From assembly GCA_013815775.1 (NCBI GenBank), contig JACDFN010000001.1, positions 109,883-173,882 of the forward strand: DNA of 64,000 bases, written 5' to 3'. The translations under genes were made by a program, and so were the position numbers. Shown in pieces: positions 19,150 to 28,190 of this stretch. Each line of letters starts with the position of its first letter. Within the stretch, counting starts at the first letter, position 1. This DNA comes from Candidatus Saccharimonadota bacterium (GTDB taxonomy: Bacteria; Patescibacteriota; Saccharimonadia; Saccharimonadales; UBA10212). A model generated the notes under the pieces. That model saw nothing but the letters and a program-made list of their open reading frames with translations. It did not search any database and was not told the origin of the DNA.

Positions 19150-19787
19150 TGCGGCTGTTTTTATCGTCATATAGAGCCGGGAATTATAGCAACAGACTTG
19201 TTGAGATTTTTGGCAAAGGAGTAAAAGTAGCGGTTATCACGAATGCAAAAGATTATAAATCCAAAGAGGAAAGAAAAGAAAGCGTTGATGAAGTGATAAA
19301 TTTTTTCTTGGAACTTGGACTTAAATCTACCGAAATTGATTTGAGAGACTATTTTAGCAAGACTAAAAACTTGGAACGTGAACTACGCAAATACCAGGCG
19401 GTCTGGCTGGCTGGGGGCAATACTTTCATTTTGCGAAGAGCCCTGAGCTACAGCGGAGCAGATAAAATTCTGAGCGATATGGCTCGAAAAAACGAAGTTG
19501 TGTTGGGGGGCGAAAGCGCCGGGGCTTGCGTTGTGGGCCCAACGTTGCGTGGCGTGGAACATGGCGACGACCCCGATATAGCACCAGCTGGCTACCAGTC
19601 TGAAATTATTTGGAGCGGATTGAATTTAGTGCGGTATAGCCTAATACCTCACTATGGTGCTGAGGCTTTTGCCGATGAGTCTCTGCGCATGGAGAATTAT
19701 TTGAAAACCAGCGGTTTACCGTATAAGACCTTAACCGATACCCAGGCCCTATTATTAAACGGTAGCAAAGAAGAATTTTTAAAGTGA
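19149..19787 (+). CDS. Peptidase E (S51) family
   Basis: GGNTF.L, GESAGA nucleophile elbow, PHY. Confidence 0.9.
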   Translation: MRLFLSSYRAGNYSNRLVEIFGKGVKVAVITNAKDYKSKEERKESVDEVINFFLELGLKSTEIDLRDYFSKTKNLERELRKYQAVWLAGGNTFILRRALSYSGADKILSDMARKNEVVLGGESAGACVVGPTLRGVEHGDDPDIAPAGYQSEIIWSGLNLVRYSLIPHYGAEAFADESLRMENYLKTSGLPYKTLTDTQALLLNGSKEEFLK

Positions 19788-20263
19788 GAATAATTGGCAT
19801 AGATCCAGGTACGGGAATTTTGGGTTTTGGGGTGATTGAAGTCCAAAAAAATGGAAAGAGTATTCTAGTTGACGGAGGTGTTATTCGTACACCGGCGCAT
19901 CAACCGCTAGACGAGCGACTGATTGAAATTTACCGTCACGTCGCAAGTGTAATATCCAAAACCAAGCCTAGTGTAATGGCTATTGAAAAGCTGTTTTTTG
20001 CTCAAAACGTAACTACGGCTATGAGCGTTAGCCATGCCCGGGGTGTGGTAATGCTGGCTGGAAAGCTGTCTGGACTGGAAATAGCTGAATATACACCACT
20101 GCAAATTAAACAGGCTTTGACGGGTTATGGCCGGGCCGATAAAAGGCAGATGCAGGAGATGGTGCGAGTAATACTCAACCTAAAAGAAGTCCCAAAACCA
20201 GACGACTGCGCCGATGCCTTGGCTGCTGCTATATGCCACTCTATGACTCTTTCGCTTAGTTAA
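19784..20263 (+). CDS. ruvC: Holliday junction resolvase RuvC
   Basis: IIGIDPG, IEKLFF, ARGV, DDCADALA. Confidence 0.97.
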   Translation: MRIIGIDPGTGILGFGVIEVQKNGKSILVDGGVIRTPAHQPLDERLIEIYRHVASVISKTKPSVMAIEKLFFAQNVTTAMSVSHARGVVMLAGKLSGLEIAEYTPLQIKQALTGYGRADKRQMQEMVRVILNLKEVPKPDDCADALAAAICHSMTLSLS

Positions 20264-20362
20264 ACTCCCCGCAGAATGTTACATAAAATTAACATATGTT
20301 TGTTTTGTGTATAATGCAGGGATTCAGCTTTAGAACACGCCTATCTGTGCGATAATTATGAA

Positions 20363-20938
20363 ATGATTGCTACTTTGGAAGGCGTAGTTGCTCAGAAGTC
20401 CGGTGACGTGGTGGTTGTGGAATGCAGCGGCATAGGCTACGGGTTGCTTGTGAGTTTCGAGGACCACGGTGTTCTTAAAACTGGAGAAAAAACCAAGCTT
20501 TATATTTACGAGCATATTCGGGAGAATGCTCATGACTTGTTTGGCTTCAGCAAAATGGAGGCCAAGATTTTATTTGAACAGCTCCTTTCGGTAAATGGCG
20601 TGGGACCCAAAATGGCACTGGCAATTTTAAGCATTGCCAGTCTGCAACATGTACGCCAGGCAATCGCCTCAGGCGACACTAAGTTTATTTCCCAAGCAGT
20701 TGGCGTAGGAAAACGTGTCGCGGAGAGAGTTGTGGTTGACCTGAAGGACAAAGTCGGATTAACTGTTAGTGAAGACGCTACTGGTTTCTTGACATCGCCG
20801 GCCGCTAACCCAGACGATGAAGCGCAACAAGGGCTCGTAGCACTAGGTTACTCGGTACAAGATGCCGCCGAAGCCTTAAAAAATATAGACACTAAGCTTT
20901 CTCCGGCCGAGCGCATAAAACAGGCTTTAAAAAATTAA
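20363..20938 (+). CDS. ruvA: Holliday junction branch migration protein RuvA
   Basis: GIGY, SVNGVGPK.AL, GVGKR.AER, LVALGY. Confidence 0.97.
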   Translation: MIATLEGVVAQKSGDVVVVECSGIGYGLLVSFEDHGVLKTGEKTKLYIYEHIRENAHDLFGFSKMEAKILFEQLLSVNGVGPKMALAILSIASLQHVRQAIASGDTKFISQAVGVGKRVAERVVVDLKDKVGLTVSEDATGFLTSPAANPDDEAQQGLVALGYSVQDAAEALKNIDTKLSPAERIKQALKN

Positions 20939-20955
20939 TAAAGAAAGAAAAAAAA

Positions 20956-21156
20956 TTGTCACTAGAACAAGGCTACATTAGTTACATAAATGAAGATGGG
21001 GTCCAAATAAGAGGACCCGCTCAAGAATCTTTAGATGATTTAATGGCTCAAGCCCAAGCAGGAGCTAGAAATCAACTTGAAGCTCAATGGGAGGCACCCT
21101 CGAAAGAACCTAAAGCTATAGGAAAAATTGCTCTTGCCCATATGACGCCCGATTAG
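20956..21156 (+). CDS. Small hypothetical protein
   Basis: Short ORF with TTG start, co-oriented with neighbours. Confidence 0.45.
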   Translation: MSLEQGYISYINEDGVQIRGPAQESLDDLMAQAQAGARNQLEAQWEAPSKEPKAIGKIALAHMTPD

Positions 21157-21178
21157 CAAACTATTATAAAATAAAACT

Positions 21179-21928
21179 ATGACCGTCTCTAAGCCAAAAC
21201 AGGATGAAGCACTTTTTACTGTGCACGAGGGGGCCTATGGGCCTGTAATAAAGTATCCTTCCAGTGCTGAAGCGCCTCAAAAGGTAGAAATCAGGGTCAT
21301 GGATCAGGCTGAGCTTACCGCACGGGCGCTTGGAGATTTTGCCGTCAATAAAGCCCCAAGGGCTGAGTTAGAAACCAAGCACGAAAGGTTTAAGGAAAAA
21401 TTTACCCAGAACCCCTGGGTCCCTCGAACTCAATACGAGATGACCCTAGCTTTGCAGGGGTTACCTATCGCTATTGGTCACATTGCCGAAAAGATGGCCA
21501 GACGGAACCAACCAACCGCAAGAAATATGTATGAAAATGCTCAAAAGTATTATGCTCAGTCCAGCCGGGCCTTGATGGAACTCGATGACGCCTTTGTACT
21601 TGAAGGCGACAAAGATCCGTCAATCAGAAGAATAAGAGGGGAGTACCCAATTCGAATGATGTTGGCTGAGTATTTACTAGCAAAAGAATCTTTTAAAGAA
21701 TTAAAGTGGCTGCCGCGCAAAGCGGGCAAGGTTAATCCACGGGAACTACGCCTGCAAGTAATTATGAGAGACCTAGAACACAGAAAGCCAACGGAAGAAG
21801 TTTTGCAGGATTGGAACGAGGCTAGGCAGAGCGCAGAAAATGCAGCGGAGTTTTGGTACGGTCAGCTCATGAGCGTCCAAGATAACCAGCGTGTTGAGGA
21901 AATACAGCGCGAAAAGCTGCAACCTTGA
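21179..21928 (+). CDS. Hypothetical protein
   Basis: 249-aa ORF, no recognised motif. Confidence 0.7.
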   Translation: MTVSKPKQDEALFTVHEGAYGPVIKYPSSAEAPQKVEIRVMDQAELTARALGDFAVNKAPRAELETKHERFKEKFTQNPWVPRTQYEMTLALQGLPIAIGHIAEKMARRNQPTARNMYENAQKYYAQSSRALMELDDAFVLEGDKDPSIRRIRGEYPIRMMLAEYLLAKESFKELKWLPRKAGKVNPRELRLQVIMRDLEHRKPTEEVLQDWNEARQSAENAAEFWYGQLMSVQDNQRVEEIQREKLQP

Positions 21929-21943
21929 CTTATAATGTGAGGG

Positions 21944-22891
21944 ATGATTCTCAGGGAACTACCAAAGCCTTTTTTCGTATTGGCGCCAATGGACGATGTT
22001 ACGGACACCGTTTTTCGCCAAATAATCGCGGGCCTGTCACCGCCAGATCTCTACTTCACTGAGTTTGTGAATGTAGATGGCCTGCAAAGTCCCGGCCGGG
22101 AAAGGCTGCTGCCAAAACTGAGATTCACAAGCGAAGAACATCCAATTGTCGCCCAGCTTTGGGGCCTTAAGCCGGACAATTACTACAAAGTAACAAAAGA
22201 GCTTATTGAAATGGGCTTTGATGGGGTAGATATAAACATGGGCTGCCCCGTTAAGACAGTAGTTAAGAATGGGGCCTGCGCAGCACTTATTAATAACAGG
22301 GAACTGGCAGGGGAGATAATAGATGCAACCAAAGCGGCAGCCGGCGACCACTTCCCTGTTAGCGTAAAAACTCGTTTGGGCTTCGACAAAGTCGATATGT
22401 CTTGGATTGAATTTTTATTATCAAAAAAAATACTTAACATGTTAAGTATTCATGGACGCACAGCCAAAGAACTCTCCAAGGAACCGGCAAAATGGAATTT
22501 AATTGGTCAAGTTCGACAAATGCGCGATACGCTCTGCCCCTCTACCTTAGTTGTTGGTAACGGAGATGTTGCAAACCGCATGCATGGTCAGGAATTAGCC
22601 GCAAAGCATGGTCTTGATGGGATTATGATTGGCCGCGGTATTTTCAATGATCCGCTGGCATTTTCTAGGGATAGCAGTTGGAAAGACTGGACCCCAAAGC
22701 AGAAGGTGGCTTTATATATAAAACACATCGAACTTTTCGAAGAGTCATGGCAAAGCGGCGAACGGAGGATCGAAACACTCAATAAATTCTGCAAGATTTA
22801 TATCAACGGGTTCGACGGTGCCAAAGAACTGCGCGAAAATCTTATGAAACAGAAATCGACCAAGGACTTACTGGAAATATTAAAAAATTGA
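21944..22891 (+). CDS. dus: tRNA-dihydrouridine synthase
   Basis: LAPM, DINMGCP, SVKTRLG, IHGRT, GNGD, MIGRG. Confidence 0.95.
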   Translation: MILRELPKPFFVLAPMDDVTDTVFRQIIAGLSPPDLYFTEFVNVDGLQSPGRERLLPKLRFTSEEHPIVAQLWGLKPDNYYKVTKELIEMGFDGVDINMGCPVKTVVKNGACAALINNRELAGEIIDATKAAAGDHFPVSVKTRLGFDKVDMSWIEFLLSKKILNMLSIHGRTAKELSKEPAKWNLIGQVRQMRDTLCPSTLVVGNGDVANRMHGQELAAKHGLDGIMIGRGIFNDPLAFSRDSSWKDWTPKQKVALYIKHIELFEESWQSGERRIETLNKFCKIYINGFDGAKELRENLMKQKSTKDLLEILKN

Positions 22892-23004
22892 TAGTTTATT
22901 ACAACAGATTATCCACAAGTTTTCACATTTGTTGTAAAAAATCTTACTGTTACTTAACAGCTTTGGGGAGTATAAATGTAATTAGACATTAGGAAGGGGC
23001 GAGT

Positions 23005-23133
23005 ATGTCGGATTCTGTTAAAGTCATACTAATTTTTTATGGCGGCTTTATACTCAGCCTACTGATCAGCAATATTCTGGTGGGAGTAATTTCTAGGTCA
23101 ATTAGGCTAATTAAAAAAATTAGAGTTAGCTAG
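23005..23133 (+). CDS. Unannotated 42-aa single-TM protein
   Basis: AGGAAGGGG RBS; MSDSVKVILIFYGGFILSLLISNILVGVISRSIRLIKKIRVS; ends 4 nt before pcm. Confidence 0.6.
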   Translation: MSDSVKVILIFYGGFILSLLISNILVGVISRSIRLIKKIRVS

Positions 23134-23137
23134 TCGG

Positions 23138-23698
23138 ATGGATAAGGTGGAGGAGGCTTTTTTGGCAACCCCGCGAGAAAATTTCGTTCCCCGGGAGCTG
23201 AAAAAGGATGCCTGGATTGACCACGCCCTGCCGATAGGATATGGCCAAACTATTAGTCAGCCAAGCACCGTAGAGATGATGCTTAGGTGGCTCCAGCCGC
23301 AGCCGGGTAATAAAGTTCTGGATATCGGTTCCGGCTCGGGCTGGACCGCTGCTCTGCTATCGCGCATTATTGGACCAAAGGGCAGGGTCTATGCTGTTGA
23401 GTTGATATCTGAGCTTGTAGAATTTGGTAGAAACAATAGCAGACGGCTGGGGATTAAGAACGCGAAGTTCTATAAGTCCGGTCAAGAACTGGGGCTGGCC
23501 AAGCACGCCCCTTATGACAGAATTTTGGTCAGCGCTGCTGCTGAGAAATTCCCAGATAGTCTGCTAGAACAGTTGAAACTAGAAGGAAAAATGATCGTTC
23601 CAGTCAAAAACGATATCATTGAAGTGAAAAAAGAAAAGAATGGACAGTTTGAAGCCACGGTTCACCAAGGTTTTGTTTTTGTACCCTTAATTGTCTAG
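23138..23698 (+). CDS. pcm: Protein-L-isoaspartate O-methyltransferase
   Basis: PRENFVP, GQTISQP, VLDIGSGSG, PYDRILVSAA, FVFVPL. Confidence 0.95.
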   Translation: MDKVEEAFLATPRENFVPRELKKDAWIDHALPIGYGQTISQPSTVEMMLRWLQPQPGNKVLDIGSGSGWTAALLSRIIGPKGRVYAVELISELVEFGRNNSRRLGIKNAKFYKSGQELGLAKHAPYDRILVSAAAEKFPDSLLEQLKLEGKMIVPVKNDIIEVKKEKNGQFEATVHQGFVFVPLIV

Positions 23699-23961
23699 TC
23701 TTCTTCTGGAGCCAACCAATTTTCGTAAGGCTGGTTGGGTTCATCTTGGTTCATCAGCGCCACCTGTTCACTCCGTGCCTGTAGTTCATCAATTGTTTTA
23801 AAATCTTGTCCAGACGGGAAAGATCGGTAGAACTCTTCTACAGTAAAATCACTGCCTTCTTCTATGGCTAATTCTACAAGTTCCTCGGATGATACCGGAT
23901 AGCCTGGCACCTTATCTATTAATGCGAATAAGTCCGTTAGACGTGGCTGAATTTTAACCAT
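23695..23961 (-). CDS. Small acidic hypothetical protein (DUF2795-like)
   Basis: 'YPVS.EELV..A' pattern; GGGAG RBS. Confidence 0.6.
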   Translation of the reverse strand: MVKIQPRLTDLFALIDKVPGYPVSSEELVELAIEEGSDFTVEEFYRSFPSGQDFKTIDELQARSEQVALMNQDEPNQPYENWLAPEED

Positions 23962-24082
23962 AAATACTCCCTACTTCACGCCTCATTTTATAGCTGATAG
24001 CATACGGGGCAGTAATATATATCACACTGTAGTTACTATTACCGCAAAAACCTTAAATATCATCTGATATACTTTTTTAAGA

Positions 24083-24158
24083 GGGGATGTAGCTCAGTGG
24101 TTAGAGCAGTCGGCTCATAACCGATTGGTCCCTGGTTCAAATCCAGGCATCCCCACCA
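24083..24158 (+). tRNA. tRNA-Ile2 (CAU, lysidine-modified), probable
   Basis: GGGGATG..CATCCCC A CCA; GTCGG CTCATAA CCGAT. Resembles Ile2 tRNAs, and separate fMet and Met tRNAs plus tilS are present. Confidence 0.85.
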
Positions 24159-24190
24159 CCGCACAGGCACCACTGCGCTATAATAAGTTC

Positions 24191-24655
24191 ATGCAATTTG
24201 GCGGAAAAGTGAATCTTAATAAAGAGCTGATAAGCAGGATTACAGACGTCCGAAATATTGCTCTTTACGTATTTATCATAATTGTTCTGGCTATTACTTG
24301 GAGCGGTGTACGGGCGGTGCAGACTAACTACGAACTGCAAAAAAAAGCATCGGCTCTCCGCCAGAAGAATACAGTTCTTAGGCTTGAAAATGAAAATGCT
24401 GCATTGGAAAATAAGTATCTGGAGACTGACCAGTATTTAGAACTAGCAGCAAGGCAAAACTTGGGTCTTGCTGCACCGGGGGAAAAAGTACTATTAGTGC
24501 CCAAAGCGGTGGCACTTAAGTATGTGGACAGCTCTCTTATTGCCAGTGGAACCGATAAAGAGAAAACCAGAATAAAAGATAACCGGCCAAGCTATATTAA
24601 AAATCTAGAAGATTGGCGAGATTTTTTGCTTGGACGCAAACTCTTCGATGACTAG
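24191..24655 (+). CDS. Septum formation initiator (DivIC/FtsB family)
   Basis: TM, coiled coil, 'ARQNLGLAAPGEKV'. Start moved past the tRNA. Confidence 0.85.
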   Translation: MQFGGKVNLNKELISRITDVRNIALYVFIIIVLAITWSGVRAVQTNYELQKKASALRQKNTVLRLENENAALENKYLETDQYLELAARQNLGLAAPGEKVLLVPKAVALKYVDSSLIASGTDKEKTRIKDNRPSYIKNLEDWRDFLLGRKLFDD

Positions 24656-24685
24656 ATCATTGCCGTAAGTAGCAGGTCATTATTT

Positions 24686-25174
24686 TTAGGAGTTGTGCAT
24701 TTCCTTGTGTCTTAGGCCGCCAGGGCCCGCTTTAACACCGCCGAACTGTAAGTATTCCTTGGGGATGTTATTATCTACCGCCCACTTCCTTAGCTCGATT
24801 TTTTTAGCTTCCATGAGTTCGTGTTTTTCTTCACGGGGTTTATCTTTTATCGATTCAAAGTATGTCTTCAGTTCTTTTTGTTTGGCAATAATCTTGCTTT
24901 TCTGTTCCGATGTTATCTTCCCGTCAGTAACAGCTTGGTTTAGGCGCTGTTCAAAAGATTTCTCTCTTTCAGCTTTTTGAGCAGCCTTATGTTCGTCGAA
25001 AACGGCCTTGACGTCGTCCTCATTTAAATTAAATTTTTGAGCAATTTTTGTAATAATACCGTCTTGCTTTGGTGTAGCTGATGTCTCAGCCCAAACCGAG
25101 CCCGCTGTCGCCAGGCCTACAATCGCAAGAGTAGAAGCGCTAAATGCAATCAAAGTCTGCTTTTTTAAATTCAT
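24686..25174 (-). CDS. Secreted helical hypothetical protein
   Basis: Signal peptide, 'AV.DGKIT.EQ' motif, AGGAG RBS. Confidence 0.8.
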   Translation of the reverse strand: MNLKKQTLIAFSASTLAIVGLATAGSVWAETSATPKQDGIITKIAQKFNLNEDDVKAVFDEHKAAQKAEREKSFEQRLNQAVTDGKITSEQKSKIIAKQKELKTYFESIKDKPREEKHELMEAKKIELRKWAVDNNIPKEYLQFGGVKAGPGGLRHKEMHNS

Positions 25175-25555
25175 AAACTCTCCTTAATACTTAATTTAAT
25201 TTTGCCTGAATAACTCAAACTGCTGAAAGACTAGCCCTATTAAATGAGAAGCAACTGATAATAAGTTGAAAATAAACTGAACAGAAGTTGTTAAAAGAAT
25301 TAATAAAAAGTCTAAATAAAAAAACATTGATCGATTTAGAGATTAGCTGCTTAAGTAGTTAGCCATAAGCATTTAAAAAGCATTTTGACATATTTACAAC
25401 AAAGCATTACAGATGGAGACTTGACATATATTTTACGACCTGTACGATGGACTTTGTGTCTTTTACTCGTGAGGTGGAAGCACAATTTAAACTCATTTTG
25501 AAATTACCTAAATAATAATAATTATTAAGAAAACTTAAGCTCATTGCTTAGGTGA

Positions 25556-26227
<672 letters not shown>

Positions 26228-26398
26228 ATAAGTCCATTCAATTCGAAAAAGCCCCCGAAGAGGCTCTTAAATCTCACTTGGTAGCCCAAGTACATTCGAA
26301 TTGAACAGTTTCGGGACAGAGTTAGCCAGATGGAAAGCTCTATCTAGAGAGAGTAACCTGTCAGCTAGCTCTACCGTGCAGCAGAGGAACCTGGCCAA

Positions 26399-26731
26399 TT
26401 ACATTGAAGGGACTGGCATAAGCTCGAAGACTTCGACGCTAAATTTGCCAGTCTTATCGCTCAAGAAAGGATGGTCTTGTACGAGCTCGACTGCTTTATC
26501 CATGCTCTCGGCTTGAATAATCGAGTAGCCGCTCAGTTCTAGTGCTGGCTTCTCAGAACCATCATCGACTATGGCCTGGCCAGGAGCCATTGGCTGACCC
26601 ATATCGAGCATATCGCTGCCGACTTTTTCCATCCAGGTTTTCCAGTCGCCCATAATTTTTTGCATCAGCTCAGGAGTCATTTGCTCCGGGGGTGTTGCTG
26701 GTCCGTTATATAGAATAATAAATTTTTTCAT
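26399..26731 (-). CDS. YCII-related protein
   Basis: MKKFIILY, W..W, GYSIIQA, HPFL. Confidence 0.8.
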   Translation of the reverse strand: MKKFIILYNGPATPPEQMTPELMQKIMGDWKTWMEKVGSDMLDMGQPMAPGQAIVDDGSEKPALELSGYSIIQAESMDKAVELVQDHPFLSDKTGKFSVEVFELMPVPSM

Positions 26732-26859
26732 ACTTACCCTTCTGGTTAATCGTCACTAGTATTGTACTACGATGAGTATGGGAGTCTCTCATTGCAGCAA
26801 GAGATGAGTATGAATTAATAAAAATGACTCCAGTTTCCTGAAGCCATAATGCTTATGCT

Positions 26860-26934
26860 TGGTAGCGGGGACAGGACTCGAACCTGCGACCTCGTGGTTA
26901 TGAGCCACGCGAGCTGCCACTGCTCCACCCCGCG
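26860..26934 (-). tRNA. Initiator tRNA-fMet(CAU)
   Basis: CGCGGGGTGGAGCAG..CCCCGCT A CCA with unpaired C1:U72; anticodon arm CGTGG CTCATAA CCACG. Confidence 0.93.
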
Positions 26935-26941
26935 ACAAACT

Positions 26942-27050
26942 TTGAAGGACAACCAAGGTTTTCCTTCAACGCCGCTTCTGGAATGAATCCAGATTCGCCT
27001 AGCGGCGAACCGCGACTGCTACCTTTCCTTATAGCGATAGCTAAGGCAAG
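26942..27050 (-). ncRNA. Candidate structured RNA motif, copy E1, in the tRNA-fMet leader
   Basis: Near-identical architecture to E2, with compensatory changes. Confidence 0.7.
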
Positions 27051-27055
27051 GAGGT

Positions 27056-27084
27056 ATTTTAATCTGTTATAAGGTGATTGTCAA
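27056..27084 (-). promoter_or_regulatory. Sigma70 promoter for E1 + tRNA-fMet
   Basis: TTGACA-N17-TAAAAT on the minus strand. Confidence 0.75.
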
Positions 27085-27116
27085 CAAAGCGGGGCAGATT
27101 AAAACCATAAACATTA

Positions 27117-27144
27117 TTGACATATATATAAAAACGTGTATAAT
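27117..27144 (+). promoter_or_regulatory. Consensus sigma70 promoter
   Basis: TTGACA-N16-TATAAT. Confidence 0.75.
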
Positions 27145-27201
27145 AAGAAATACAATCAGTCAAATAAAAAGATTGTAAAACAAAAACAAAAAGGACAAAA
27201 A

Positions 27202-27282
27202 ATGTTTAACGAACTAGGTTTCATATTGGTTCCAACCTCCGATGAGCGGGTGATAGCAGTAGACTCACTTATGGACGACTAG
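27202..27282 (+). CDS. Unannotated 26-aa peptide
   Basis: AAGGA RBS; MFNELGFILVPTSDERVIAVDSLMDD; own promoter and terminator. Confidence 0.55.
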   Translation: MFNELGFILVPTSDERVIAVDSLMDD

Positions 27283-27286
27283 TTGT

Positions 27287-27314
27287 AAAACAGCCTACCC
27301 CGCTAGGCTGTTTT
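27287..27314. terminator. Intrinsic terminator
   Basis: AAAACAGCCTA-ccccgc-TAGGCTGTTTT. Confidence 0.8.
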
Positions 27315-27365
27315 CTTAGTAGGTTCTCATCTGTTAATGTGCTATAATTCCAGCGTTAAAAGCAC

Positions 27366-27442
27366 GGCAGCGTAGCTCAGTTGGTTAGAGCGCAGGACTC
27401 ATAAGCCTGAGGTCGCAGGTTCGATCCCCGCCGCTGCTACCA
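27366..27442 (+). tRNA. Elongator tRNA-Met(CAU)
   Basis: GGCAGCG..CGCTGCT A CCA; CAGGA CTCATAA GCCTG. Confidence 0.9.
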
Positions 27443-27443
27443 T

Positions 27444-27472
27444 AAAAAGCCTACAACTTGTGTAGGTTTTTT
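27444..27472. terminator. Bidirectional intrinsic terminator
   Basis: AAAAAGCCTACA-acttg-TGTAGGTTTTTT between convergent genes. Confidence 0.75.
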
Positions 27473-27477
27473 AATTT

Positions 27478-28125
27478 CTATAAGTCCTTATATATAAGTT
27501 TCCAGGTCTTGGTGGCAATACCTGTGAGAACAAAAAATATCTGTACCAATATAGCAGTAGTAACCAAGTATCCAACCAGCTTCAAGCTGCTAAGAACAAT
27601 TTCAAAGTCTTTGAAGGCAAGGTACGTAAGATCGGCCAGAGTGGCCACAAGTTTTAAGCCGGAGTAGATGTAGGCGGCTAGAATGACCAAGATACTAACA
27701 AAAAATATTTTACGGGAGAATATAGACCCCCAGTAACCAGCCCTTTTATAGGAGGTAGGATGCAAATACTCGTCAGCGACTATATCGTTTCTGATGTTCG
27801 TAAAGAAGTTACCAACAATCCAAATCAATATATAGACTATACAGCCAACGAAGAGCCAAAACAGGACCTGTATAAATCTGCCATGGGCTAAGTTACCTAA
27901 GACCCCCTCGATAGCGGGTGCTTTCTCACTTATTAAACTCCCTAAGTCTAGCTGGGAATCGGCGGTTATACCGGTAGTAAAAAAATGCCAAATTGCACGG
28001 GCGTTTAATGTGGCAAGTAAGAGAATGGAAACAATAAAATCCAGAAAAATCTGTGTGCCGTCAGGAACGAATTGGCTAAGGCTAGTGTTAAGGCGGCTAT
28101 TATATGAACGGGTGTTACTTTTCAT
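27478..28125 (-). CDS. Hypothetical membrane protein
   Basis: Four TM segments. Confidence 0.75.
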   Translation of the reverse strand: MKSNTRSYNSRLNTSLSQFVPDGTQIFLDFIVSILLLATLNARAIWHFFTTGITADSQLDLGSLISEKAPAIEGVLGNLAHGRFIQVLFWLFVGCIVYILIWIVGNFFTNIRNDIVADEYLHPTSYKRAGYWGSIFSRKIFFVSILVILAAYIYSGLKLVATLADLTYLAFKDFEIVLSSLKLVGYLVTTAILVQIFFVLTGIATKTWKLIYKDL

Positions 28126-28190
28126 TGTTTGACTCTATTTTATACTAAATGTTGACTTAAGCGTTTTGTTAAGCGATTATTGTAAGTAAA

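Noticed and set aside
22895..22990. Replication origin
   Set aside because: Only one perfect DnaA box, and no dnaA or dnaN nearby.
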